This document shows positions 49,171 to 61,896 of a stretch of DNA of 64,000 nucleotides, in pieces. A model generated the notes under the pieces. The model saw only the letters and a program-made list of their open reading frames with translations. It was not told the DNA's origin and ran no database searches. This stretch comes from Octopus sinensis (Eukaryota). Numbering within the stretch: the stretch's first letter is position 1; each line of letters starts with the position of its first letter. The stretch lies in assembly GCF_006345805.1 (NCBI RefSeq), contig NC_043008.1, positions 13,764,001 through 13,828,000 of the forward strand, in the 5' to 3' direction. Both the position numbers and the translations under genes were made by a program.

Positions 49171-49236
49171 AAGAAGAAGAAGAAGAAGAAGAACAACAAC
49201 AACAACAACAACAACAACAGCAACAACAATAATAAT
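48856..49236. repeat. Compound triplet tract (AAT/AAG/GAT)...(AAT)n(AAG)n(AAC)n
   Basis: Direct inspection; it abuts the 5' truncation of the R4/Dong LINE. Confidence 0.95.
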
Positions 49237-50500
49237 ATTCATGGTGACACTGATATGAAGATGGAGTTTGAACTTTCAAATTTGGTGATGAGAAGAGGAA
49301 AGCTTGTTAGGACAGAAGACGTACATATGTATTCCAAGTTGTAAAATGATGAATGCAGTTGAACCTGAATCTAGAATACTTGAGGCAGACAGGATTAAGC
49401 ACAATGATATTAAAGAAAAAGAGAAAGAAAGAATGCCTGCGGTGAGTGAGAAAAATATTGTCTTCAAATCTGAATGCTAGAAACATAATTTCGGCACTAA
49501 ATTTGAGTTTTGTCGCAAAAGTTCTGTACGGCGCTGAGATTCTGAAGGGGGCACAGGATGAGCTAAAGAGTTGGACAGAATGACATGAAAGTTCCCCACG
49601 TTGCAATGAGCCCGGCGTTCACGTACAAACTCTGATCGACTATATAATGAAGAGATCAAATAGCGGATGGGGACTGTGGTACACTGAGTACGTAGTCTTA
49701 CTATGATACCTATCCCAAAATTAAAAATACCTTACTAGAGTCATTTAGCATTGAAAGCAAGAAGTACGAAAAGAACACGAAGAATCATTACGCAGTAACG
49801 TACTATACACAGTTTATGTAACCACAAGTGAAGGAAAACATAGGTGGAATTGGCTGAAGAAAGGAAAGCTGAAGAAAGAAACTGACGGCACCATAATAGC
49901 AGCGCAAAACCAAGCTTTGGCCACAAGTTGTTAGAGGGTCAGGTTAGGGATGAGCAAGTTTCTCCATTGTGCTGCATGTGTAATAGATAGGACGAAGCCA
50001 TTGCTCTTATTCAAACGAATGCTGCAGATTTGCTCAAAATCATTACAGGTTTTGGCGACACATTGAGGGTGCGAAAGTGCTACGTTGGAAATTGTGTGTA
50101 AAAGTGGGATCTAGGGAAGGTAAGACGTAGTATGAGCACAAACGACAGAGTATAACGGGGTCAGAGGCTGCAAAATACTGTAGGATTTCTGAATCAAAAC
50201 AGATCAGGTGCTAGAGAATAACAAATCAGACCTAGAAGTTGTGGACAACATGCGCAACAAGTGCAATATAGTTGATGTTGCGTACCTATTTGCCCCACGG
50301 ACTGTCAAAAAGGAAGGTGAATACAGATATATACTATCCTCGTAAGTGCGAAATAATCCAGCAATGGAAAATGAAATCAGTGGAGATAATAATAAATATT
50401 GTTATGTCTTTGAGGACAGCATCAGAAGGAATCAAGATGAATATAAAGCAAATTAGAATAGAGTGCCCAGTAGAATTGTTACTGACACAAGTTATATGAG
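49237..50500 (+). mobile_element. R4/Dong-type LINE, 5'-truncated and decayed (RT C-terminus, CCHC knuckle, RLE)
   Basis: Pieced across frames: DMKMEF..LVMRRGKLV, ILEADRIKHNDIKEK, WLKKGKLKKETDGTIIAAQNQAL, a C-x2-C knuckle, PDLEVVD..CNIVDVA and WKMKSVEII. Confidence 0.85.
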
Positions 50501-51799
50501 ACATTTCTTTGATACTTTGTGAAGGGTAGGTTCGATTACTGTTTTCACATGCTGATCATTATAGGCGGATGGACGTCTTATACCTTCTTGATCTTCAAGG
50601 ATCTTATCTTAACCAGCTTATACTAGTTATGGCATAATACTCACTCCTATCGCTTTTATTCCCTTCCTATAAGTTAAAACATTTGTACGCAATCGAAATA
50701 AGCAATTAATTTACATATTCCTCATATATCTACATACTGCCTGATGGAAACTTTCTCTTTATTGAAGTAATGTCTGAGAAAATTCTTAACTTTCAGTTAT
50801 ATATAAAACAAAAAGCTTGCCAATAACTGAATAATCTAAATTCGCTTATATTAGCCAATTTTAACAATTTTGTGATCTATCATATAATACGATACCACGA
50901 AACTACCTCTGAGAAAATCAAACTATTTATATTTGATATATTACAACTAAAGACGTATTTTTCTACTGGAGAGCATAATATGCTAAAATTGATAACATCC
51001 ATCAAAATGTTTAAAGATTAATAGGAAATGAATTTAGAGAATTTAGACAATTACTTAAAACGTTCTTGTGATGTATCATTAGACTTCTGATCTTCAGTTA
51101 TTTCTGATTCCATAAATTAATTCAGTATGGTTATAGCATCTTTAATTATGAAGGAGGATAGTATAATAAATACGGAACATACAGATTTGAATTGGTAACT
51201 TTTATATTACAGAAAAATATTTCTTAAGATGTCTTGTTTAAACAAATAAAAATCCGTTGAAAAAAATAGACATATGCAAGCAAGAGCTAAAGAATTATTT
51301 TAAGCATCATACATCTTCATAGATTGAACAACAATCAGGCATTCGCTATTTTTTCTCTATTCTCTTAGGTCAGCTCTCTGGCAATAGTTTTATATTATAC
51401 GCTGAACTAGGTTACAATCTTTTTTACGTATTCGTACGTAAATGCGTGCATATTTATGCAAACATCTGTATGTGTAGTATCATTTATCTAGTTGCGTGCG
51501 TCAGTGATATAACTATATGATCAACAGTGTCTAGAAAGATATTATGTAAAAAGATGTACAACGCAGAAACATGTACAAACAATCTACTCAGTGGTAGTTT
51601 ATGTGTAGTGTTATACAAATGAATTAGATTCTAAATGTTTAATTAAGGTTTTGCTTTTGATAGTAATTAGTATGTCAAATAAGCAAACAAGCTTTATAAT
51701 AAATAGATATCTCAGTGCCCATATGAGCAGCAGTTTGAAATGCAGATTTTTTTAGTTGTGTAAATATATATACACACATATATATCTACACACAAACAT

Positions 51800-51863
<64 letters not shown>

Positions 51864-51934
51864 ACATACATACATACACACATACATACATATATATATA
51901 CATGCATGCATACATACATACTTACGTACATACG

Positions 51935-51974
<40 letters not shown>

Positions 51975-52150
51975 ATATATACAAGAGAGAACGGCATGTA
52001 TATGTGTATGGGTGTGTGTATAAATTGACATGTATGCATATATGTATGAAAAATAAGTATATGTGTACATACAGATGAATAAGTGTATATATGAATAAAG
52101 GGATATGTAATGTACAAATATATCTAGATGTACGCATGTAATATACATAT

Positions 52151-53043
52151 ATCCTTAAATCCTTAAATCCTTAAAAATGTTTTAGCCCGAAGGCCGCGGC
52201 CATGCTGGGGCACCACCGCTGAATGAGCTACACTAGTTTGTGAATCCACCTCTGATACGTGGCACTTGATCAACAAGGGAGTTCGATGCTGCTGCCCGCA
52301 TCCGTGTCTCCTGTCGTGAGGTAGGTTCATCTGGGACTCCCAACAAGAAGAGATCCAGTTTAGTTTTAAAGAAACCCACATCCACACCATGTAAGTCTCT
52401 CAGGCATTTAGGGAGGATGTTAAAGAGCTGTGGTCCTCTGAAACCCAAGCTGTTGCAGTATCTGGACCTGTATTTTGATGGTGATGTTGGAATCCTTGGC
52501 ACCACGCAGCGGCGCCCCGTTCTGCGGTTGGAGTAACTTTGAATGCCAAAGTTTGGGACAAGACCCTCCAGGATTTTCCAGATGTATATCACTGCATATC
52601 TCTCCCGCCTCCGCTCCAGGGAGAAGAGGTTCAGTCTTTCCCAGTAGCTGACATTTTGCATTGAGACGATTTTCTTTGTGTAGCTTCTCTGAGTTGCTTC
52701 GAGTTCTGCTGTTTGTTTTATATTGTGTGGTGACCAAAGTTGGGAGCAGTAGTCCAAGCGGCTGAGGACAAATGTTTTCCATAGGACCATCAGTGTCTCC
52801 TTCTCTCTTGTTCTGAAAGTTCGGAGAATCCATCCAGCTAGCCGTCTGCATTTTATCACCAGATTAGCAATATGCATTTGGAAAGATGCATCATTGCTCA
52901 TGTCAATGCCCAGGTCACGCACTGATTTTGACTCAGGGATTGCAATTCTTCCTGGGCCAGTGTATCCAGTCTTCACGTCATTTACCTTTGTGTGCCAGTA
53001 GCGCAGGCCTGGAACTTACCTGCATTAAACTGCATGTTGTTGA
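52151..53043 (-). mobile_element. Second CR1-group LINE family, 5'-truncated 3' fragment
   Basis: ORF 52233-52976 reads VRDLG...GWILRTF...SRLDYCSQLWSP...LFSLERRRERY...FKTKLDLFL. The 3' tail is (TTAAGGAT)3, and TA-rich tracts lie on both sides. Confidence 0.92.
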
Positions 53044-53069
53044 TATATATATAATATATATATATGAAT

Positions 53070-53111
<42 letters not shown>

Positions 53112-53177
53112 TAGGCATAGATATATATGTATATATATAGATATTTATGTATGCATATATATAAATTCACACACACA

Positions 53178-53277
<100 letters not shown>

Positions 53278-53870
53278 CGTTCTTGTATGTGGGGGTGTGA
53301 ATCTTATATTGCCTCATGCATTTATTTCAACTCAGTTTTCAAATTAAAATTCGTACAAAACACAAGCATTTGCTTTTATATATAGGATAGTTAAATGCAT
53401 ACGAACGACTTCATCAATATTTGTTCAAGAGTTCAAAGCCTCATTGCTTTATTAAAGAGGTTTCTCCTACACATACATCAACCTGAATATAAATAAATAT
53501 ATTGGTTTGATGGTTATCACTCTAATATACTTTGTACAAGCTGCATTTTTTTTTACATCGCAACACAGTTGTGGTTTTGTTTACATGCAAAACTACGACA
53601 CGCTGTGATTATGTATATTCTGGGCTAAAATTTATATTGTTGACACAAATATATTTTATCTTTTACTACGCTCTATGCAGCTTGGGGTTTTTTGAGAACG
53701 CAGTGTTTTTAATAAGCTGTTTCGATACGTTCATATAAAATATTAATTCTGTAGCACTTAATGACTACAAGTATTGGTTTTTATATTAGACTAATCATGC
53801 TATAACGATATTTAGTTACCAATGGTTGATTAGTTCTTGAAGATGCTGATAAAAACCACTTATAACATCA

Positions 53871-54268
53871 CTAGCAGTATCGCCCGGCGTTGCTCGGGTT
53901 TGTAAGGGAAATAACTATAAAGCATTTTTAGAGAGTTATAGCCGAGAAATAGCAAAAAATGCATTAAAAATGGAAAAAATATGATGGTAAATTTTTGTTT
54001 AAATCGTTGGCTCATCGTAGACATTTTTAGAGAGTTACGTCCCTTATATTTAAAAATACTATGCATTAAAATGGAATAAAGTGATGGTAAATTATTTTTA
54101 AAATCGTAGACTCATCGTAGACGCGCGCTAATACCCAGAAGGGCTCGATATGAATCACGACTATAAGATACCCGGTTTTGGTTAAACTGCACCGCAAAAT
54201 GTGGGAGTAGTTAGGAATCTAAATCGGAGTAGACAGACAGCACACAACCTTACTTTTATATATAAAGA
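53871..54268 (-). mobile_element. Canonical non-autonomous Helitron, 398 bp
   Basis: On the minus strand it starts A|TCTTTATATATAAAA and ends with a CCCG-AGCAACGC-CGGG hairpin then CTAG|T (TC...CTAG in an AT target). It contains an internal ~100-bp tandem duplication. Confidence 0.88.
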
Positions 54269-54900
54269 TATCAACTCCTTTTTTCTTCCAGCTTCCATTG
54301 ATCATATAACGTAATTGTCTTTGATTTGTAGGTTTGAAGTAGGAGCAGACAAATCTCAGCCTATTTAATTTGACTAGTCATTGTAGAGTGAAGAAAACCG
54401 ACAAACAGTTGAAAAGCTGCATTCCGTTTTCCGAACTTTGGTATCAGTGGCAAATGGACTCCTTTTCACTGAATCTAATTAAGTTTATAAATTTCTATTC
54501 GGAAAACTGTTGCTTTACGAATGCATGTGGCGTTAAATTAAGGCGTTATTGAGGCATTGATGATTCGGGAAATCAGCCGGAAACCATAACAGCAATTTAC
54601 AAATATGACTTCGAACGTATTCCTGACAAGGCATTTCACAATATGGCTTTTATAAACAATACATTTTATATTCTTCAGACATACACAAAATACACGATTA
54701 TTTTTTTTTATCTTCCCTCAGTTATCATAAATACAATAGTATAAATAATTTCTGTTGAAATACGCCAAGTAGAGAAAAATACGTGTCTTTAGGTCCATGC
54801 GCTATATATGCATACGTGTGTGTGATTATGCGTGTGTGTGTGTGTGTCTCTCTCTCTCTCTCTGTGAGTGTGTTTGCGTGTGAGTGTATATATGTATATA

Positions 54901-54941
<41 letters not shown>

Positions 54942-54989
54942 TATATATATAAATGCAAGTGTGTATCCTGTATATATATATATATATAT

Positions 54990-55299
54990 ACGGAGGCGCA
55001 ATGGCCCAGTGGTAAGGGCAGCGGACTCGCGGTTGTAGGATCGCGGTTTCGATTCCCAGACCAGGCGTTGTATGTGTTTATTGAACGAAAAAACCTAAGC
55101 TCCACGACGCTCCGGAAGTGGGTGGTGGCGATCCCTGCTGTACTCTTTCACCACAACTTTCTCTCATTCTTTCTTCTGTTGGCCTGCTCGCTTAGCTAGC
55201 GGGGTGGCGTCATTTGAAGGCTAAAACAATGCAAAGCGCATTGTGACCAGCGATGTGTAGCAACATCTGATAGCCTGGTCAGTCACGGTGATCACGGTG

Positions 55300-55301
<2 letters not shown>
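54990..55301 (+). mobile_element. SINE-D head and body with an alternative 3' tail
   Basis: Matches SINE-D to ~55180, then ~120 bp of unrelated tail ending in (CACGGTGAT)2 against (TA)n. Confidence 0.85.
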
Positions 55302-55350
<49 letters not shown>

Positions 55351-55366
55351 GTAGATTTCTCTTAGC

Positions 55367-55441
55367 AATTTGAAACGTATTCCTTTGAGTAATAACTCAA
55401 TAAGGAGACAAATTGATGAAATGGCAGATAATGTGGAACAA
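55367..55441 (+). mobile_element. hAT (Charlie/Buster-like) transposase fragment
   Basis: NLKRIPLSNNSIRRQIDEMADNVEQ resembles the hAT motif L..IPLSNNTV.RRI.EMA.DVEEQ. The match is only ~25 aa. Confidence 0.6.
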
Positions 55442-55851
55442 ATGTCGTACAGCATATCAAAATCACGAAAAGATTTGACTTCGATTTCTAACACGGCCTG
55501 CTACCATGTAACAGCTATTTGCGATAAAGGACCCGCCGTTATGGCAAATAGCTACCAATGCGGGTGCACTTGTAAAAATTTACACAAACACATACTAATA
55601 CATTAATATAGCAAAAAATAATAAAAAACATGTCTTTATAAGATATTTATCTTTATTTAGAAACCTACAATGAACAGGTCACCCAGGAAACAATGTAATA
55701 CTGGATACAGCCTTATACAAGGTACAACCTTAAAGTTGACACCGTTCGGTGCAACGAAAGTTTATTAGTTTTTCGATTTTGAAATTTTTCGTCAAATACC
55801 TTCCTCCACATTGTGCCACTCATCTGAAGTACATATGTATTTCAACAATTT

Positions 55852-56269
55852 TTTATTTCTTTATTGCTCACAAGGGGACTAACATAGAGGGGGCAAACAA
55901 GGACAGACAAACGGATTAAGTCGATTACATCGACCCCAGTGCGTAATTGGTACTTACTTTATCGACCCCGAAAGGATGAAAGGCAAAGTCGACCTCGGTG
56001 GAATTTGAATTCAGAAAGTAATGGCAGACGAAATACCTATTTCTTCACTACCCACAAGGGGCTAATCACAGAGAGAACAAACATGGACAGACAAACGGAT
56101 TAAGTCGATTATATCGATCCCAGTGCGTAACTTGTACTTGTTTAATCGACCTCGAAAGGATGAAAGGCAATGTCAACCTCGGCGGAATTTGAACTCAGAA
56201 CGTAACGACAGACTAACTACCGCTAAAGCATTTCACCCGGCGTGCTAACGATTCTGCCAGCTCGCCACC
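55852..56269 (-). mobile_element. SINE-A dimer bounded by a single TSD
   Basis: A full monomer (~56040-56269) plus a headless monomer (55852-~56038). The flanks are TTTCAACAATTT (55840-51) and TTTCAGCAATTT (56270-81). Confidence 0.88.
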
Positions 56270-56759
56270 TTTCAGCAATTTCTATGAAATACACTCCTTG
56301 AGCATAAACAAATATCCTCTTCCCGGTTGACAATAACGTATATGTCAGATTGTTGCATAAGTTCTAACCGTTTTGATAAAAGAAACCGGAAAAGGTTTCA
56401 AATGATTTCATCAGCATCTGCTTCTCCCAAAGAGCATTCTTTCGATAAAAACACGTTGATCTCATAAGTGTAACGTGGTGGAACTATACGTAATTACCAA
56501 ACTTTTATTCATAAGACCATTTAGTATTTCCCTTTTTTTGTTTTTTTTTTGCATTTCAGTTAATACATTTGTACCCCAAATTGCGCACAAGCGCATATGT
56601 AAAATGACGTTCATTATTATTATTTTTTTATCATTCTTTCCTGATATCAAAATAAGAAGTATATTGAAAAATTAAAATTAAAATTGAGCGGGGAGTTGTG
56701 ATACTAAGGGTCAAAAATGGGCGTTTGGCCAAAATGGGTGGAGAACCTTTGGACTAGAA

Positions 56760-56865
56760 TAACATGAAATAAAGTGTCTCGCTGAAGAACAAAACGTGCC
56801 ACCGGGAAACGAACTCACCACCCTACGATCATTAGCCGAACACCATATCCACTAAGCCAGGAACC
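56760..56865 (-). mobile_element. Degenerate SINE-C-like tRNA head
   Basis: The reverse complement has A- and B-box-like segments and TTCTTCAGCGAGACACT, similar to CTTGAGCAAGACACT. Confidence 0.5.
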
Positions 56866-56905
56866 TTCTACTGCAATAACGATAATATTGATAATGCTGC
56901 TGATG

Positions 56906-57294
56906 GGATGGAAGCACACCGTCGGTTACGACGATGAGGGTTCCGGTTGATCCGAATCAACGGAACAGCCTGCTCGTGAAATTAACGTGTAAGTGGCTGA
57001 GCACTCCACAGACACGTGTACCCTTAACGTAGTTCTCGGGGATATTCAGCGTGACACAGAGAGTGACAAGGCCGGCCCTTTGAAATACAGGTACAACAGA
57101 AACAGGAAGTAAGAGTGAGAGAAAGTTGTGGTGAAAGAGTACAGCAGGGATCACCACCATCCCCTGCCGGAGCCTCGTGGAGCTTTTAGGTGTTTTCGCT
57201 CAATAAACACTCACAACGCCCGGTCTGGGAATCGAAACCGCGATCGTATGACAGCGAGTTCGCAGCCCTAACCACTGGGCCATTGCATCTCCAC
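56906..57294 (-). mobile_element. SINE-D, full length, 14-bp TSD
   Basis: TSD TAATGCTGCTGATG at 56892-905 and 57295-308; highly similar to the 46422 copy. Confidence 0.93.
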
Positions 57295-57580
57295 TAATGC
57301 TGCTGATGATAGTGAGGGTATCCAGAGTGTTGAATGGGTTTGATGTATGACTGTATATTGATCATAATAAAGCTAAGAGCTGTTTAAATCATAACAGAGG
57401 TTGGTAATGTTGCAGCAGTTGACATCGATTCTATTGGATGAGGATAATGAAGATTTAGAGAGAGGGAGAGTCTTGAGGCGAAGTTTATGACAAACGATGT
57501 CGATAGGTACCGTGGGGAGGACGAGAAGGATGTTAAATAACGAATGGTTGTGAGGATAATCATGACGCCAATAGAGGAGT

Positions 57581-57611
57581 GGTAGTAGTAGTAGTGGTGG
57601 TGGTGGTGGTT

Positions 57612-57655
<44 letters not shown>

Positions 57656-58430
57656 GGTGGTGGTGGTGGTGGTGGTGGTGGTGGTGTGGTGGTGGTGGTG
57701 GTGGTGGTGGTGGTGGTAGTAGTAAGATGAGGAGATGGGGAGGAGGAGAGGGGAGAGGAGGGCGCGGACGAAGACCACAACGAGAAGGAGGAAGACGTGG
57801 AGGACGAGGAGGACGTGGTGGGCGAGGAGGACGTCAACGATGAGGTGGGGCAGGAGGAAGAGAACGTGGACGACGTGGAGGACGACAAGGAGGAGGAGGG
57901 CGAGGAGGAAGACGAGGAGGAAGTGGAGGAGGAGGAGAAGGAGGGGGAGGAGGACAAAGTGGAGGTGGAGCATGAGGAGAACGTGGACGACGTGGAGGAC
58001 GACGAGGAGGAGAAGGACGTGGAGGAGGACGAGGACGAGGAGGCAGACGAGGAGGAGAAGGACGAGGAGGAAGACGAGGAGGACGAGGACAACGAAGTGG
58101 ACGGGGAGGATCACGCGGGGGAGGTTGAGGAGGAGGACGAGGAGGAGGTTGAGGAGGAGGCTGAAGTGTTAGAGGAGGACAAGGAGGAAGGGGTACAGTA
58201 GTGGCAATGGAGTGGTTTGTGAATAATAGCCTCCGAAGGTAGTAAACTTATGTTAACAATGATGATGATCACCATCATAATGATGATAATGATGATGGCA
58301 ACGACGAAGACGTCGACGGCAATGACGACGGTACAGGTCATGATGATGGCGTACATAATGAGGATAAAGGGGGAAATGGAGACTGAAGAGGGGTTGAAGA
58401 GGATGATACTGATGATCGAACTGACGCCAT
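57581..58430. repeat. G-rich triplet island: (GTA)n(GGT)n, then degenerate (GAG/GAC)n and (GAT)n
   Basis: Direct inspection. It yields overlapping poly-S/T, poly-R and poly-E/D ORFs in several frames. Confidence 0.9.
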
Positions 58431-58659
58431 GAAGCGTTCATCAAATATTGTGAAGAGGAGGAATGCTCTTTTATGGAAATAAATTCAGTGGTTGTGTTAT
58501 TTATGTAATTTTCCAGAACAGTCCACGAATATCTCCGGTGCATGACCGACATTCTGCCAAGAATAGAGAAAAGTTCACACATAATATCACCTAAATATTT
58601 GCTTTCACAGCAATATTTACGTATATTTACTATGATCATGCATATGTGCACCCAGGCAC

Positions 58660-58723
58660 ATATGTAAATATATATATATAGATGTACATATATATATAAT
58701 ATATATATATATATGTATGAATA

Positions 58724-58778
<55 letters not shown>

Positions 58779-58837
58779 TATGTATATATATATATATTAT
58801 ATGTATATATATATATATATCTATATATATATATATG

Positions 58838-58868
<31 letters not shown>

Positions 58869-58985
58869 GCATATATATTATATATACATATATATATAAT
58901 ATATATATAGATATATACATATATATATATATATATACATTTACATATACATATATACATACATATATATACTTATATGGACACC

Positions 58986-59019
<34 letters not shown>

Positions 59020-59020
59020 G
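58660..59020. repeat. Long imperfect (TA)n microsatellite
   Basis: Direct inspection. Confidence 0.95.
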
Positions 59021-61896
59021 GTAAGTACGTGTGCACATACGTAGGTACATAGACATGTATAAAAATACTTTCCCTAATATTTTCTTACATCCTCTGATCA
59101 TAGATGTAAATATGCATATACATATATAATATGACCACACACACGTGTGTAACTACAGATGCACATATTCCATACGTTGATGTTCTGCATATGTGTGTTT
59201 GTGTGTGTGTGAGTCTATGTGTTTTGCTGTGTGTATAACTGTGTGTGTCTGTTTTGTATGTTCGTGTATGTTTGTGTTTGTGTCTGTCTATTTGTGTATT
59301 TGTGTGTGTATGTGTGTCTGCGTGCGTATGTGTCTCTGTGTGTGTATGTGTGTGTGTGTGTAAATGTATTTTTCCATATGAAATAATGTTCTATAATTTT
59401 TGCTTTATTACTCCAGAAAAATTATGTTGCCCATTCAGTGGTGACAGGTTTTACTTCGGAATTTATATTATTGGTAGATATATCAGAGGTCTTCTTGTAA
59501 AAGACTTCAAAGTCAACTTGTAAAGAACTCATCTAATTGAGGCCATAAATGTTTCGTAAAGGAAGTCGCTGGAATGATTGATAAAAGAATGGCTTAGCTT
59601 GTACATTTACAAACCAAGCCGAAACAATACTAGATGCAGCCATTGTATGGCTATTCTGTCCACTTTTATCACATGACCTTTTAACCTTGTGCCATATTTT
59701 GTCTGCTTGACGAAATATAAGTGGCAGCAGTGTGAGAATCGAATGTGTGAAGAGAGTTATTTTAGGGAAGTACATGTGAGGGGAAATATTCGAGCTATTG
59801 AGACAAATAATGTAAGGGAAAGAATGTAAGGTGAGAGAGATAGAAACTCAGAATGAAATAGAATGCGAAATTGGGAGTGAGAGAGATAAAAGAAATGAAT
59901 ATATAATGTAAAAGAAACTAGAAAAGGCAAGGAAAATAGAATGCCATATTGTACGTTAGATGTGTATGGTAGAAATAAAAGTTATATGATAAAAGATCAG
60001 AAAAAAGAGAGACAGAAAGAGAAGAATATGGATAAAGAGGCTAAGGTATCAGGAGAGAAGTGATTAAAAGATATGGAAAGAGGAAATATATCCAATAGGG
60101 ATAGAAGGTGATAAAGATATAAGGAACATATGAATTGATTCACTTTGAAATAAAGAAAGTGTGTGATAAATGACAAATGAGACCAAGGGAACTTTAAAGA
60201 TGGAGTAAGAATAAAATTGAAATGTGAATGCAATAAAAAGTGAGACAGGTTGCAAAGAATTCCATAATTCAACTGAGCACGAGACAACTGTAGATATTTC
60301 AGTGATCCTACTTCAGGCAAACTAAATTTTGGAGAATAACTATAATCTACGGAAGAGAATGTTCTTTTGTTGAATACATAACTTTATACAATATTTCAAC
60401 ATATCTTTGAACTCCTTTTCGTAAGTTTGCTTGCGTCAGATGAGAGAATTTTACAAATAACATAATATTACTGAATCGTGTTAAATTCATTTATCGTTTT
60501 AATGTTTCTGTGTCGTAACATCTCTTCTATAGTTTAAAAGATAAATAAATGAAACCTTTTATAGTGACCATACATATTGAAGGAGGTGGTGGAACTTTTA
60601 TAGCACGAAACACGACTTTTGTTTATAGGAAGCATATGTATTAATCTACAACGTGCAACACGATTTTTGTTAACAGTATTATTTCTCCTTGAGTCTCACA
60701 GTTGCGTAGTACTGTAAATATTTAATCTTAAACTTCTTTAATTTGAAAATATTCTAACGGCTATTGATAAAGGTAAGCGGATCAGAATATTTAATTTCTT
60801 TTTGTCTTAGTAGGAATGTCTTATGTAATGCTTCAAGTCATAGAAAAGAATTCTTGTCGCGACTTGCTAGAAAATTTTCCATATATACAGAATAGACACA
60901 ATCTGCCGAATCATTCGCATGAATAACAGTCCCGAATTCGAAAATGGTTCCTTCTATTCTTTTTACTTTTTGCGAGTGCGTTGCTTGAAGGATAACAGAA
61001 ATATGTTTTATGGCGCAACAACGCTGTAAGTATAATTCCAGTATTTAGAGAAAAAACTATTGTAAATAATTCATACAATTTTGTTAGAATTTCTATCGGC
61101 CTAATCTAACAAAAACGACATGTTCTCGTGTCTATGAACAATACCGTAAGTAAACATTGCCTCATAGTTCATAGAGGGATAAGTACTATCATGCTAATCT
61201 AAGTTAAAGCTGATTAGAGAAAGTTACCAAATAAATAAAATATTTATTAGCACCATTTGTATTAGGATTCCATATACACAGTGAATGTATTGTGGCATAT
61301 GTTAGTGTATAATTTCTGAGACAAATATGGGAGTGCTATAATACATCACTTCATCTAGCTATTTTACATAATCGTCCATACGTTCTATATGAATTATTGA
61401 TATCCACTTCAAAGAAGGATTTGTTTCTATCATATGATACGTACCAGGAGATCAGATTGTCTTATCTATGAAACAAATAAAGTAATTATTTCTAGAGAAC
61501 ACAAAGGTTTCTGGTGTCTAGGTTTTTAATTATTTATAAGAAAACTTCCGATTTTATTTATTTCTCTATAATCTCTCACGATATATCCAATGAGGTTTAT
61601 AATAGTTTATGATATTTTAAGCATTTTTACAACTGATATGAGACTATGGATGTAGATAGAACTTGTACAGTCGTAAAGAAAATATATTTTCACATTAATT
61701 TTGCGCCTATATAGCTCCTTCTTTCAAATGCCAACGTAGCGGAATTAGCTTATGAAAGTCACAAGCTTACCACATTCATAAACAGATAAAAATAGATTAA
61801 AAGGATTATATTCCCTAAAAATATGGTGTCTTGGGAATATCTCAGAAATTATAATGGTCAATATTTTAGTTAATACGGTACATCCTTATTATCACT

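Noticed and set aside
55700-56480. Mariner remnant around the SINE-A dimer (TIR-like TACAAGGTACAACC; FYQNG...YAQGVYF on the minus strand)
   Set aside because: The similarity is too short and degenerate to support without an alignment.
57797-58201. 134-aa E/D-rich ORF as a real acidic protein
   Set aside because: It lies in a degenerate triplet repeat open in several frames on both strands, with no splice or homology support. Kept only as a low-interest finding.
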